Positions 8,691 to 19,152 of a stretch of 64,000 bases of DNA are shown one piece after another. Within the stretch, counting starts at the first letter, position 1. Every line of letters begins with the position of its first letter. The stretch is from Flavobacteriaceae bacterium (GTDB taxonomy: Bacteria; Bacteroidota; Bacteroidia; Flavobacteriales; Flavobacteriaceae): NCBI GenBank assembly GCA_002716845.1, contig PBCE01000001.1, positions 10,592-74,591 of the forward strand, given 5' to 3'. The notes under the pieces are model-generated. The model worked only from the letters and a program-made list of their open reading frames with translations. It searched no databases and was not told the origin of the DNA. The position numbers were made by a program, and so were the translations under genes.

Positions 8691-9674
8691 ATGGCTTCTA
8701 TAACTGCTGTGGGCGCCTATGTTCCAGAAGACAAGCTCACCAATGCAGACTTGGAAAAGATGGTAGATACAAACGACGACTGGATTTTTGCGAGGACAGG
8801 CATCAAAGAAAGAAGGATTCTGAAAGATCCCACCAAAGGGACCTCATTCATGGCCATTGAAGCTGCCAGAGATTTATTCAATAAAAAAAACATAAATCCA
8901 AAAGACATCGACGCTGTGATCTTAGCAACCATTACCCCCGACATGAATGTAGCTGCTACAGCGGCCTATGTGGCTTCTGAAATTGGCGCGGAGAATGCCT
9001 TTGGCTTTGACCTACAAGCCGCATGTTCCGGATTTCTCTATGGGATGTCCACAGCCGCAAGCATGATTGCAGGAGGAAGATATAAAAAAGTGTTACTCAT
9101 AGGTGCAGATAAAATGTCTTCGATTATAGATTACACTGACCGATCCACTTGTGTAATATTTGGAGATGGTGCTGGTGCAGTGCTTTTTGAAAATAATGAT
9201 TCAGGCTATGGTTGGAAAGATGAATATTTTAGATCGGATGGGAGCGGTAGGGCTTTTTTAAATATTAAAGCAGGGGGATCTTTGTTCCCCACTTCTGCAC
9301 AAACCCTTAAACACGGAATGCATAGTTTGTATCAGGATGGGAAAACAGTATTCAAATACGCCATTTCTGAAATGACAAATGTGGCTGAAAAAATAATGGA
9401 TCGCAATGCCTTAGACGCAAGGAATATCGCCTACTTTGTCCCCCATCAAGCCAACAAAAGAATTATTGACGCCATTGCTAAAAGGGTTAATCTGCCCGAC
9501 AAACAGGTGATGTCAAACATAGAATATTTTGGAAATACAACAGCGGCGACTCTTCCGCTTTTATTAAACGATTACGAATCAAAATTAAGTCCTGGAGATC
9601 GATTGGTATTCGCTGCCTTCGGTGGAGGTTTCACCTGGGGAGCAGCCTATTTGACTTGGGCTTACAATAATTAA
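8691..9674 (+). CDS. fabH: 3-oxoacyl-ACP synthase III
   Basis: Active-site blocks AACSGFLYG, PHQANKRII and GNTTAATLP are present. ATG 8691 (MASITAVGAYVP) is preferred over ATG 8664. Confidence 0.93.
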   Translation: MASITAVGAYVPEDKLTNADLEKMVDTNDDWIFARTGIKERRILKDPTKGTSFMAIEAARDLFNKKNINPKDIDAVILATITPDMNVAATAAYVASEIGAENAFGFDLQAACSGFLYGMSTAASMIAGGRYKKVLLIGADKMSSIIDYTDRSTCVIFGDGAGAVLFENNDSGYGWKDEYFRSDGSGRAFLNIKAGGSLFPTSAQTLKHGMHSLYQDGKTVFKYAISEMTNVAEKIMDRNALDARNIAYFVPHQANKRIIDAIAKRVNLPDKQVMSNIEYFGNTTAATLPLLLNDYESKLSPGDRLVFAAFGGGFTWGAAYLTWAYNN

Positions 9675-9686
9675 ATTATTTGAATA

Positions 9687-10178
9687 ATGGAAATTAAAGA
9701 AATTCAAAAATTAATCAAATTTGTGGCAGGATCAGGAGCCCACGAGGTGAGTTTAGAAACAGACGATTTCAAAATCACAATCAAAACCTCCCCAAGTGCC
9801 ACTCCCACAGATTCCATACAGAAACCACAAACCCTCCCCAATTTGGTTGTACAAGCGCCACCGGCTCAGAATCCAGACATTGAAACCGAAACATCGGCTA
9901 CTGCTACCCCAGCAGATGAGCAGGAGAAAACCGATAATTTAATGACAATAAATTCTCCCATGATCGGCACTTTTTACAGAAAACCATCCCCCGACAAAGA
10001 GGTTTTTGTAGAAGTCGGTGATACAATAAAAGAAGGCGATGTTTTGTGTGTAGTAGAAGCCATGAAGCTATTCAATGAGATCGAATCTGAAGTCAGTGGT
10101 AGAATCGTCAAAATACTATTAGACGATTCTTCCCCCGTTGAGTTCGATCAACCCTTATTTTTAATTGAACCGGTTTAA
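9687..10178 (+). CDS. accB: Acetyl-CoA carboxylase biotin carboxyl carrier protein
   Basis: Pro/Ala-rich linker and biotinylation motif [10 protein letters not shown]. Confidence 0.93.
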   Translation: MEIKEIQKLIKFVAGSGAHEVSLETDDFKITIKTSPSATPTDSIQKPQTLPNLVVQAPPAQNPDIETETSATATPADEQEKTDNLMTINSPMIGTFYRKPSPDKEVFVEVGDTIKEGDVLCVVEAMKLFNEIESEVSGRIVKILLDDSSPVEFDQPLFLIEPV

Positions 10179-10189
10179 ACTCATTCCCA

Positions 10190-11530
10190 ATGTTTAAAAA
10201 AATTTTGATAGCCAATCGCGGGGAGATCGCCATGCGGTTGATCAGGACTTGCAAAGAAATGGGAATTAAGACGGTTGCTGTTTACTCTACAGCCGATGAG
10301 GAAAGCCTCCATGTTCGCTTTGCCGACGAAGCCGTTTGTATTGGCCCACCCCCCAGTGCTGAATCCTATTTGAAAATGGCTAATATTATGGCCGCTGCAG
10401 AAATATGCAATGCCGATGCCATTCATCCCGGCTATGGGTTTTTGTCTGAAAACGCTAAGTTTTCAAAGATCTGTAAAGAACACGGAATTAAATTTATTGG
10501 AGCATCTTCAGAAATGATTGAAAAAATGGGGGATAAAGCAACAGCAAAAGCTACCATGAAAGCTGCTGGTATTCCTACCATTCCTGGTTCTGAAGGGCTT
10601 TTGAAATCATTTGATCATGCCAAAAAAGTCGCTAAGGAAACCGGTTATCCAGTGATGCTAAAGGCCACTGCTGGTGGGGGAGGAAAAGGGATGCGAGCCG
10701 TATGGAAAGAAAAGGACTTCTTAAAAGCCTGGGAGAGTGCTCGCCAAGAGGCAGGTGCTTCTTTTGGAAATGACGGCATGTATATGGAAAAATTAATTGA
10801 AGAACCCCGTCACATAGAAATTCAGATCGTTGGAGACGCGAAAGGGAAAGCGTGTCACCTCTCCGAGCGCGATTGTTCCGTTCAAAGGAGACATCAAAAA
10901 TTAACCGAAGAGACCCCCTCCCCGTTCATGACTCCAGAATTGCGGAAAAAAATGGGGGCAGCCGCGGTAAAAGCAGCAGAATACATCAAGTATGAAGGGG
11001 CGGGAACGGTTGAGTTTTTAGTAGACAAATACCAAAATTTTTATTTTATGGAGATGAATACGCGTATTCAAGTGGAGCATCCCATCACTGAACAGGTAAT
11101 CAATTTTGATCTAATAAGAGAACAAATTTTAGTGGCTGCTGGAGTAGCTATTTCAGGTGAAAATTACCTTCCTAAAATGCACTCCATTGAGTGCAGAATC
11201 AATGCAGAAGATCCCTATAACGATTTCAGGCCGAGCCCTGGTAGAATATCTACTCTTCATTTTCCAGGAGGTCACGGAGTGAGATTAGACACCCATGTCT
11301 ATGGAGGATACACCATACCCCCGCACTATGATTCAATGATTGCAAAATTGATCACTACCGCCCAAACCAGAGAAGAAGCCATTAACAAAATGAAAAGGGC
11401 TCTCGATGAGTTTGTCATTGAGGGAATAAAAACGACCATACCTTTTCATAGAAAACTGATGGACCACCCGGACTATACCTCTGGGAATTACACCACCAAG
11501 TTCATGGAGGACTTCTCCATGGAGGGATAG
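10190..11530 (+). CDS. accC: Acetyl-CoA carboxylase biotin carboxylase subunit
   Basis: [15 protein letters not shown]-terminus, ATP-grasp block [12 protein letters not shown], and [11 protein letters not shown]. Confidence 0.96.
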   Translation: MFKKILIANRGEIAMRLIRTCKEMGIKTVAVYSTADEESLHVRFADEAVCIGPPPSAESYLKMANIMAAAEICNADAIHPGYGFLSENAKFSKICKEHGIKFIGASSEMIEKMGDKATAKATMKAAGIPTIPGSEGLLKSFDHAKKVAKETGYPVMLKATAGGGGKGMRAVWKEKDFLKAWESARQEAGASFGNDGMYMEKLIEEPRHIEIQIVGDAKGKACHLSERDCSVQRRHQKLTEETPSPFMTPELRKKMGAAAVKAAEYIKYEGAGTVEFLVDKYQNFYFMEMNTRIQVEHPITEQVINFDLIREQILVAAGVAISGENYLPKMHSIECRINAEDPYNDFRPSPGRISTLHFPGGHGVRLDTHVYGGYTIPPHYDSMIAKLITTAQTREEAINKMKRALDEFVIEGIKTTIPFHRKLMDHPDYTSGNYTTKFMEDFSMEG

Positions 11531-11599
11531 TGTTTACTAAACGAAAAAGGCATTTAAGTATTTACCCCAACCGCAAAGCTGGCGGCTAAATATCAGAAA

Positions 11600-12589
11600 T
11601 TAAATGAATTTGTTTTCCAACAAATATTCTGCAATCTGAATGGTATTGGTCGCGGCGCCTTTTCTCAAATTATCGGAGACAACCCAGAGATTGAGAGTGT
11701 TTTCCTGAGAAAAGTCCCTTCTAATTCTACCCACAAACACGTCATCTTTTCCTTCCGCATAGATCGGCATTGGGTAATTATTGGTGGTGGGGTTGTCTTG
11801 AACAACAACACCATCGCTTTCATTGAGCAATTGACGAACTTCTTCAACTTCAAAACTGTTTTTTAATTTCACATTGATGGATTCGCTGTGTCCACCAATA
11901 ACTGGAATTCGAATTGCTGTAGCAGAGACACCGATAACGTCATCGTTAAGTATTTTACGGGTTTCGTGAACCAATTTCATTTCCTCTTTGGTGTAACCGT
12001 TCTCCGTAAAAACATCACAATGGGGCAGCGCATTTTTGTGAATAGGATAGGGATAAGCCATCTCACCTTTCTTACCAATAAATTCATTTTCTAATTGTTG
12101 GACGGCTTTTACACCAGTTCCAGTAATCGACTGATAGGTAGAAACCACTAGGCGTTCTAAACCGTATTTTTCTTTTAACGGGGCCAATGCCATAAGCATC
12201 TGAATGGTAGAGCAATTGGGGTTGGCAATAATCTTATCGTCGGTGTTTAATTGGTCAGCATTGATCTCTGGAATAATTAATTTTTTATCTGGATGCATAC
12301 GCCAAGCAGATGAATTGTCAATCACAACAGTGCCCTTGTCTGCAAATTTTGGTGCCCATGCCAATGAAGTATCTCCACCCGCAGAGAAAAGTGCCAAGTC
12401 GGGCTGTAAAGCAACAGCTGTCTCCAAGCCCACTACCTCATAGGAGCGCTCACCACACAATACTTGCTTTCCTACCGACCTTTCCGAAGCAACAGGGATC
12501 AATTCAGTAAAAGGGAATCCTCTTTCGGCCAAAACCTTAAGCATAACCTCTCCGACCATTCCCGTTGCACCAACGACTGCTAATTTCAT
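11600..12589 (-). CDS. asd: Aspartate-semialdehyde dehydrogenase
   Basis: VVGATGMVG NAD-binding site, active-site block ANPNCSTIQM, 329 aa. Confidence 0.93.
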   Translation of the reverse strand: MKLAVVGATGMVGEVMLKVLAERGFPFTELIPVASERSVGKQVLCGERSYEVVGLETAVALQPDLALFSAGGDTSLAWAPKFADKGTVVIDNSSAWRMHPDKKLIIPEINADQLNTDDKIIANPNCSTIQMLMALAPLKEKYGLERLVVSTYQSITGTGVKAVQQLENEFIGKKGEMAYPYPIHKNALPHCDVFTENGYTKEEMKLVHETRKILNDDVIGVSATAIRIPVIGGHSESINVKLKNSFEVEEVRQLLNESDGVVVQDNPTTNNYPMPIYAEGKDDVFVGRIRRDFSQENTLNLWVVSDNLRKGAATNTIQIAEYLLENKFI

Positions 12590-12696
12590 GATTTATTTTT
12601 TTGGCAAAATTAAGCTTTAAGCCAATGCCCACAACTTCATAAGGTAATTTTTCAAAATCAAAACTGATTGTTTAATTTATAACAATTTGTGATATT

Positions 12697-13785
12697 TTAA
12701 TTTTTTATCACCCGTGGGATTCTATCGCTAAGAGCCGCTAATAATTCATAGGAGATGGTCCCGGCATTTTCTGCTAGATCATCCACTCTAAACCCATTCC
12801 CAAAAATCACAACCTCATCCCCTTCTTTACAGTGAATGTCACCAATATCGATCATTACCATATCCATACATACATTCCCCACAATGGGGGCTTTTTTCCC
12901 ATGGACCATTACTGCACCTTTTCCATGTCCATGTTGTCTAGAAAGACCATCGGCGTGACCCAACGGTAAGACAGCGATTCGTGTATTTTCAGGAGCGCTC
13001 CAGCCGCAATTATAACCCACGGTTTCCCCTTTCATTATTTTATGAATTTGAGTGATGTTGGTTTTTAGTTCAGCGATGGGAAATAAGTTATGGTTCCATT
13101 GCGGGTGGTTGGCAAGACCGTACAATCCAAGACCCACTCTTACCCAATCCATGTGGTAATCAGGATAATTGAAAACCCCTGAGGTATTCAGCAAATGGTA
13201 TTCAGGTTTGTGGGTAGCAGCAGTATTGTGTTTTTCAATGATCGCCTCAAAAGTTGAAATTTGATTATCAGTAAAACGATCGGGTTTCTGTGATTCTGTT
13301 TGTCCTAAATGAGAATAAATAGTTTTTACCTCAATTGGACCTTTCACAACATTTTCCAAAATCCAATCGACTTCGTCGGGGCCAAATCCGATTCGATTTA
13401 AACCCGTATTGTATTTGATGTGAACGGGATAATTCATTTTTTTTGAGACCCTAACGGCTTTTACAAAACCTTCCCAACTTCTTTTACTGTAGAGGACAGG
13501 CTCCAAATTATTTCGTATTATTTCATCAAAGTTTTCTGTTTGGGGGTAAAAAACCATAATTGGAATTTCAATTCCAGATTGCCTGAGCTTATTCCCCTCA
13601 GGGGCATAGGCCACGGCCAAGGACTCCAGTCCCAAGTCAACCAATTTTTGCGCCACAGGAACAGACAAACTCCCGTAAGCATTAGCTTTAACAACACCAA
13701 TCATTTTGGTTTGTGGCTGCAACCGATTCCTCAATGAAAAATAGTTGTGCTCTAACTTTTTTAGATCAATTTCCAGACAGGTCAA
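12697..13785 (-). CDS. alr: Alanine racemase
   Basis: PLP-lysine block VVKANAYG plus the C-terminal SYELLAALS..RIPR block. Confidence 0.9.
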   Translation of the reverse strand: MTCLEIDLKKLEHNYFSLRNRLQPQTKMIGVVKANAYGSLSVPVAQKLVDLGLESLAVAYAPEGNKLRQSGIEIPIMVFYPQTENFDEIIRNNLEPVLYSKRSWEGFVKAVRVSKKMNYPVHIKYNTGLNRIGFGPDEVDWILENVVKGPIEVKTIYSHLGQTESQKPDRFTDNQISTFEAIIEKHNTAATHKPEYHLLNTSGVFNYPDYHMDWVRVGLGLYGLANHPQWNHNLFPIAELKTNITQIHKIMKGETVGYNCGWSAPENTRIAVLPLGHADGLSRQHGHGKGAVMVHGKKAPIVGNVCMDMVMIDIGDIHCKEGDEVVIFGNGFRVDDLAENAGTISYELLAALSDRIPRVIKN

Positions 13786-14405
13786 GACGAGTTTTTTTTA
13801 TTCTTCAGGGATCCCTTATTTGCCTTCCCCTTTTTTAATGTCTTTTGGAAAGCACCCCGGCTCAATGGCTCGTAGTCTTCTCTTTCTCCTAAAACGACCA
13901 AGCCTTTTTGATCTAATTTTCGATGGCTATAATGTGCCAAATTTCCAGTCTGGGTGCAAACGGCGTGGACTTTAGTTACGAATTCTGCTGTGGCCATCAA
14001 TGCGGGCATTGGGCCAAATGGATTTCCTTTATAATCCATGTCAAGTCCTGCAGCTATAACCCTAATACCTCGATTCGCAAGATCATTACAAACATCAACA
14101 ATCTCAGGGTCAAAAAACTGGGCCTCGTCGATCCCGACCACTTCACAGTCGTTGGCCAGCTGTAATATATTAGCGGCGGCAGGTACCGAGGTAGAGGGAA
14201 TCATGTTTGAATCGTGAGAGGTAACCATTTGGTCATCGTAGCGCTGATCAATGGAGGGTTTAAATATTTCTATCTTTTGGTTGGCGAACTTTGCCCGTTT
14301 CAGCCTACGAATTAACTCCTCTGTTTTCCCTGAAAACATAGATCCACAGATCACCTCGATCCATCCAAATTGTTTGTTGTGGTTTACAGGATTTTCTAAA
14401 AACAT
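13782..14405 (-). CDS. tdk: Thymidine kinase
   Basis: P-loop GSMFSGKTEEL and the IDEAQFF block. ATG 14405 is preferred over the track's TTG at 14423. The gene overlaps the alr start by 4 nt and has a lysine-rich C-terminal tail. Confidence 0.9.
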   Translation of the reverse strand: MFLENPVNHNKQFGWIEVICGSMFSGKTEELIRRLKRAKFANQKIEIFKPSIDQRYDDQMVTSHDSNMIPSTSVPAAANILQLANDCEVVGIDEAQFFDPEIVDVCNDLANRGIRVIAAGLDMDYKGNPFGPMPALMATAEFVTKVHAVCTQTGNLAHYSHRKLDQKGLVVLGEREDYEPLSRGAFQKTLKKGKANKGSLKNKKNSS

Positions 14406-14462
14406 TTTGTAATTTACAGACAAACAAAGGTATTAAAACTAAGTTTTGAAATAGAATTATTT

Positions 14463-15104
14463 ATGGCGAATAAAATCCACCAGCAACTCAAACAAGTTGC
14501 GAAAGAGATTTTGGATATGGAAGAGCCTTATGATTACCAAAAGGTTTATGACGCCACTTTACTCATATTTGAACGGCTGATTTTAATCAAAAATAATGAA
14601 GGTTTCAAAAATGGCTTGTGGGAGGATTTGGAGTCCAATTTTGGTCAGGCAATTGATTTTATCAAAGTCAATCCAGGCAAAGAAACCGGGGCAAATGATT
14701 TAAATGATAATGAAGAGTTTCCGCTGATTATGGATACAATCAAAGAAATTCCTGAGGGTAAACCCATTATTTCGGACCTCATCATTGAAAACACTCCAAA
14801 ACTTTCTTTTGAACGAAAAAAGGAGGGGGCAGTCGCCGATAAAGAATATCAAAAAAGTTTAAACGATAAATTTTCAAAGGGACTCAATATTGATCGGAAT
14901 GATCGGGTGGCTTTTATTAAAAACTTGTTTGACCAAAGTCCCAACGAGTTTCAACGCGCAATTTCTCAAATAGCCACCATGGAATCCTGGCAGGAGGCCG
15001 AAAAGTTTGTTAAAGAGATGATCAAGCCCGATTACGAACACTGGAAAGATAAAGAAACGTATGAGAAGCGTTTTTTGAAAATCATCGAGAATAATTTTAA
15101 GTAG
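14463..15104 (+). CDS. Hypothetical acidic protein
   Basis: 213-aa ORF with coding-like composition, filling the tdk-rsmI gap. I can name no recognisable motif. Confidence 0.6.
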   Translation: MANKIHQQLKQVAKEILDMEEPYDYQKVYDATLLIFERLILIKNNEGFKNGLWEDLESNFGQAIDFIKVNPGKETGANDLNDNEEFPLIMDTIKEIPEGKPIISDLIIENTPKLSFERKKEGAVADKEYQKSLNDKFSKGLNIDRNDRVAFIKNLFDQSPNEFQRAISQIATMESWQEAEKFVKEMIKPDYEHWKDKETYEKRFLKIIENNFK

Positions 15105-15133
15105 CTTTTCATTGCATTGAAAGAGAGATCAAT

Positions 15134-15811
15134 ATGGGTGAACTATTTATAGTACCAACGCCAATAGGGAACTTAGCTGATATCACCTACAGGGCAGTGG
15201 ATATTCTCAAATCATCGGAACTGATATTGGCAGAGGACACCCGTACCAGCAGTAAACTTCTCAATCATTATGAGATAAAAACCCCAATGCAAGCCTATCA
15301 CATGCACAATGAACACAGAAAACTCGATGAGGTTTGTTCAAAATTAAACGCTGGGATGTCCATTGCCATCATTTCCGATGCCGGGACTCCGGGAATTTCT
15401 GATCCTGGATTTTTACTGGTTCGTCAGGCTTTATCATTAAACATAAGGGTCACTTGTCTACCTGGTCCCACAGCCCTTATCCCTGCTTTGGTGCAAAGTG
15501 GCTTGACCTCAGATCGGTTTATTTTTGAAGGATTTTTACCCCCAAAAAAAGGAAGAAATAAGCGTTTACAAAATATAGTTGATGAATCCAGAACCCTTAT
15601 TTTTTATGAATCGCCCCACAAACTCTTAAAAACCTTAATTCAGTTTTCTGAGCTGTTTGGAGCGGACCGGACCGTTGCTGTATCCAGGGAGCTTTCCAAA
15701 ATGTTTGAAGAAACTTTCAGAGGAAAACTTTCTGAATCAGTAGATTATTTTTCCGTTTACCCTCCAAAAGGAGAATTTGTAATTTGTGTGGCAGGTTTAC
15801 AAAACAAATAA
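15134..15811 (+). CDS. rsmI: 16S rRNA (cytidine1402-2'-O)-methyltransferase
   Basis: LFIVPTPIGNLADITYRA N-terminus and the SDAGTPGISDPG block. Confidence 0.92.
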   Translation: MGELFIVPTPIGNLADITYRAVDILKSSELILAEDTRTSSKLLNHYEIKTPMQAYHMHNEHRKLDEVCSKLNAGMSIAIISDAGTPGISDPGFLLVRQALSLNIRVTCLPGPTALIPALVQSGLTSDRFIFEGFLPPKKGRNKRLQNIVDESRTLIFYESPHKLLKTLIQFSELFGADRTVAVSRELSKMFEETFRGKLSESVDYFSVYPPKGEFVICVAGLQNK

Positions 15812-15816
15812 CCGAT

Positions 15817-17505
15817 ATGCAGTGGAACCCCCTACCAATTCCAGATCAACAGATTGCCGAGCAACTCCAAACAGAAATTGGAGTCCCCTTTGAAATTTCG
15901 TGTCTGTTGGCGCAGAGAGGAATTCAAGATTATGAAATGGCAAAATCCTTTTTCCGTCCTGCTCTCACCGATCTTAACGATCCTTTTTTAATGCTCGGGA
16001 TGCGCGAGGCTGTAAATCGAATAAAATCGTCTTTGGAAATCGACGAGAAGATTATGGTTTTTGGAGACTATGATGTGGACGGAACTACTGCAGTCGCCTT
16101 GGTGTATTCTTTTTTGATTCAGGAACACCCCAACTGTATCTATTATATTCCAGACCGATATCATGAGGGATATGGCATATCGACCCAGGGAATTGATCAT
16201 GCCAAGACCGAGGAAGTTGGATTAATAATTGCACTGGACTGTGGTATAAAGGCTGTGGAAAAAGTAGATTATGCCCAATCATTGGGGATAGATTTTATCA
16301 TTTGCGATCACCACCTCCCCGGGGAGGTCATTCCAAATGCTGCTGCCATTTTAGATCCCAAACAACCCAATTGTAGTTATCCCTTTAAAGATTTGTGTGG
16401 CTGTGGAATTGGATTTAAACTGATACAAGCCTTGACCCAAGAAAAAGGGGGGGCAATTCATAAAATTATTCCTTTTATGGACTTGGTTGCCATGGCAATT
16501 GCAGCAGACATTGTTCCAATTATTGGAGAAAATAGGGTGTTTGCACATTTGGGAATTCAACAAATTCAAGATAACCCAAGGGTAGGAATCCGCTACCTTA
16601 TTCATCAATTAAAAAGAAAAGTAAATGTCTCAGATTTGGTTTTTGTAATCGCTCCGAGAATAAATGGCGCAGGAAGGATAAAGCACGCGCGCCATGCTTT
16701 GGCATTACTGCTGTCGAAGGATCAGGAGGAGGCAAATTCAAGAAGCCGGGCGATTGAGCTTTTCAATAGTGAACGTAAAGAAATAGATCGAAAAATAACG
16801 GCACAGGCCTTGGATCAAATCAAACAAAACAAGGAGGAAGATAGATTTTCGACGGTAGTATTTCAGCCCGACTGGCACAAAGGGGTAATAGGAATTGTAG
16901 CCTCCAGATTGATAGAAACTTATTACAGACCAACTGTAGTTTTTACCCAATCGGGAGAGTATTACACGGCTTCTGTCCGTTCCGTTAAAGGGGTGGACGT
17001 CTATAAAGTTTTAGTCAATTGCCAGGATTATATGGTTCAATTTGGCGGCCACCGCTATGCGGCAGGGTTGACAATAAAACCCGAGGATTATCTTCCTTTT
17101 AAAAAAGCATTTGAGGTTGCGGTGGAAGAGGTCATCAAGCCAGACCAGCGCTCTCCCACCTTGGTATATGACTTGGAAATCTCATTGAATAAAATTACCC
17201 CAAAATTTTACAGAATCGTCAACCAGATGGCTCCTTTTGGCCCTGGAAATATGCGCCCCGTTTTCTTGACCAGGAGCTGCTTGGACGGAGGTAAAACTAA
17301 AGTCGTCGGAGCCGATCAATCGCATCTTAAGTTGGAGGTTACAGACTCCTCGGGGGCGTTACAATCTGGAATAGGATTCGGTATGGCAAATTATATCAGT
17401 AAGATAAAAAGCAGGGATCCTTTCGATGTCCTCTACACCATTGAAGAAAATGAATTTAGAGGGGAAAAAAGCTTACAACTCAAAATCAAAGACTTGAGGA
17501 GTTGA
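15817..17505 (+). CDS. recJ: Single-stranded-DNA-specific exonuclease RecJ
   Basis: DHH-family motifs GDYDVDGTTA, LDCG and ICDHH are present. ATG 15817 is preferred over the track's TTG at 15784. Confidence 0.92.
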   Translation: MQWNPLPIPDQQIAEQLQTEIGVPFEISCLLAQRGIQDYEMAKSFFRPALTDLNDPFLMLGMREAVNRIKSSLEIDEKIMVFGDYDVDGTTAVALVYSFLIQEHPNCIYYIPDRYHEGYGISTQGIDHAKTEEVGLIIALDCGIKAVEKVDYAQSLGIDFIICDHHLPGEVIPNAAAILDPKQPNCSYPFKDLCGCGIGFKLIQALTQEKGGAIHKIIPFMDLVAMAIAADIVPIIGENRVFAHLGIQQIQDNPRVGIRYLIHQLKRKVNVSDLVFVIAPRINGAGRIKHARHALALLLSKDQEEANSRSRAIELFNSERKEIDRKITAQALDQIKQNKEEDRFSTVVFQPDWHKGVIGIVASRLIETYYRPTVVFTQSGEYYTASVRSVKGVDVYKVLVNCQDYMVQFGGHRYAAGLTIKPEDYLPFKKAFEVAVEEVIKPDQRSPTLVYDLEISLNKITPKFYRIVNQMAPFGPGNMRPVFLTRSCLDGGKTKVVGADQSHLKLEVTDSSGALQSGIGFGMANYISKIKSRDPFDVLYTIEENEFRGEKSLQLKIKDLRS

Positions 17506-17508
17506 TCC

Positions 17509-19152
17509 TTATCTAAATTTCTTGTAATGATTTATCAGTCCTTGCGTTGAAGGGTCGTGGTGCTCTATATTTCCCGAATCAAAATCTTTATAAATGTTAT
17601 TGGCCAACTGCTTTCCTAACTCCACACCCCATTGGTCATAGCTGAAAATATTCCATACAATCCCTTGAACAAAAATCCTGTGTTCATACAAGGCGATGAG
17701 CGACCCCAAGTTCCGCGGGCTAAGTTGGTCAATAAAAAGGGTGTTTGTGGGACGATTTCCTTCAAAAACTTTAAACGGGAGGAGTTTTTCAATTTGTGCT
17801 TCAGATTTCCCTTCTGCTTTTAATTCCCTTCGAACCGTCTCTGCATTTTTTCCTTGCATCAGTGCTTGGGTCTGAGCAAAAAAATTGGACATCAATTTAT
17901 CATGATGATCGTTTCCTGAGTGTAAAGGTTTGGCAAATCCAATAAAATCTGCTGGGATCATTTTGGTGCCTTGATGCATCAATTGAAAAAAAGCGTGCTG
18001 TGCGTTGGTTCCAGAAGCTCCCCATATGATATTTCCAGTTTGATAAAAAATAGTATCCCCATTTCGATCGGTTCCTTTGCCGTTACTCTCCATAATGGCC
18101 TGTTGCAAATAGGCCGGAAGACTTTTTAAATACTGTGAATAAGGAATGATGGCTTCGGTTTCTACCCCCCAAAAATTATTGTACCAAACAGTAATTAGTG
18201 ATAGAAGAACAGGGATATTCTCTTTGAAATCTGTGTGCTGAAAATGTTCGTCCATTTTCCCCGCCCCAAGTAGTAAATCGTCAAAATGTTTGGGTCCAAC
18301 CGCCAAGCAAATCGATATTCCAACCGGACTCCAAAGAGAGAATCGCCCTCCTACCCAATCATATAAGGGGAAGATGTTGTCCTCAGGAATACCAAACTCT
18401 GTTGCCTTTTTTGAGTTTGTTGAAACGGCGACAAAATGATTGCCAATTCCAGATTCTGGCGCATTTTTCAAAAACCATTTTCGTAATGTATTGGCATTAC
18501 TCAGGGTTTCTTGGGTGGTAAAGCTTTTGGAAACAATTACAAACAGAGTCGTCTCGGAATCAACTGTTTTGATGACTTCCTCCACATGATCTCCCTCCAC
18601 ATTGGAAATAAAGGTTATCTCTAAGTGATTTTTGTAATACTCCAACGCTTCGGTTACCATAACAGGCCCCAAATCGGACCCTCCAATCCCAATGTTGACG
18701 ATTTGCCTGATGCTTTTTCCACTATGACCTTTCCAACTGCCAGAAATAACACGATCAGCAAAATCATGCATTTTATTTTTGAGCTTTTCAATTTTTGGGC
18801 CTATGTCTTCTTCGTCAACTAAAAAAGGTTGTTTGTTTTGTTTTCTTAAAGCGGTATGTAACACCGCTCGATTTTCAGTTTCATTGATTTTAGCACCACC
18901 AAAGTAAGCTGAGATGGCTTGTTTAAGTCCGGCTTCCTCAGCCATTAACACCAGTAGATCCAATGTTTCCTCGTCCAAAAGATTTTTTGAGTAATCGACG
19001 TAAAAACTCTCCCATTGCTGGGAAAATTTTTCAGTACGTTTAGCATCTTCAGAAAAGTAGTCGACGATTTTTTTTTGCGCTAAAGCTTCAAACTTTTTTT
19101 CTAAAAGAGTCCAGGATTTGAGGGATAAAGGGCTGTGTTTATTTAAGGTCAC
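17509..19152 (-). CDS. pgi: Glucose-6-phosphate isomerase
   Basis: 547 aa with IGIGGSDLGP, SKSFTTQET and DQWGVELGK blocks. It appears to use a GTG start that overlaps the upstream gene's end by 14 nt. Confidence 0.95.
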   Translation of the reverse strand: MTLNKHSPLSLKSWTLLEKKFEALAQKKIVDYFSEDAKRTEKFSQQWESFYVDYSKNLLDEETLDLLVLMAEEAGLKQAISAYFGGAKINETENRAVLHTALRKQNKQPFLVDEEDIGPKIEKLKNKMHDFADRVISGSWKGHSGKSIRQIVNIGIGGSDLGPVMVTEALEYYKNHLEITFISNVEGDHVEEVIKTVDSETTLFVIVSKSFTTQETLSNANTLRKWFLKNAPESGIGNHFVAVSTNSKKATEFGIPEDNIFPLYDWVGGRFSLWSPVGISICLAVGPKHFDDLLLGAGKMDEHFQHTDFKENIPVLLSLITVWYNNFWGVETEAIIPYSQYLKSLPAYLQQAIMESNGKGTDRNGDTIFYQTGNIIWGASGTNAQHAFFQLMHQGTKMIPADFIGFAKPLHSGNDHHDKLMSNFFAQTQALMQGKNAETVRRELKAEGKSEAQIEKLLPFKVFEGNRPTNTLFIDQLSPRNLGSLIALYEHRIFVQGIVWNIFSYDQWGVELGKQLANNIYKDFDSGNIEHHDPSTQGLINHYKKFR

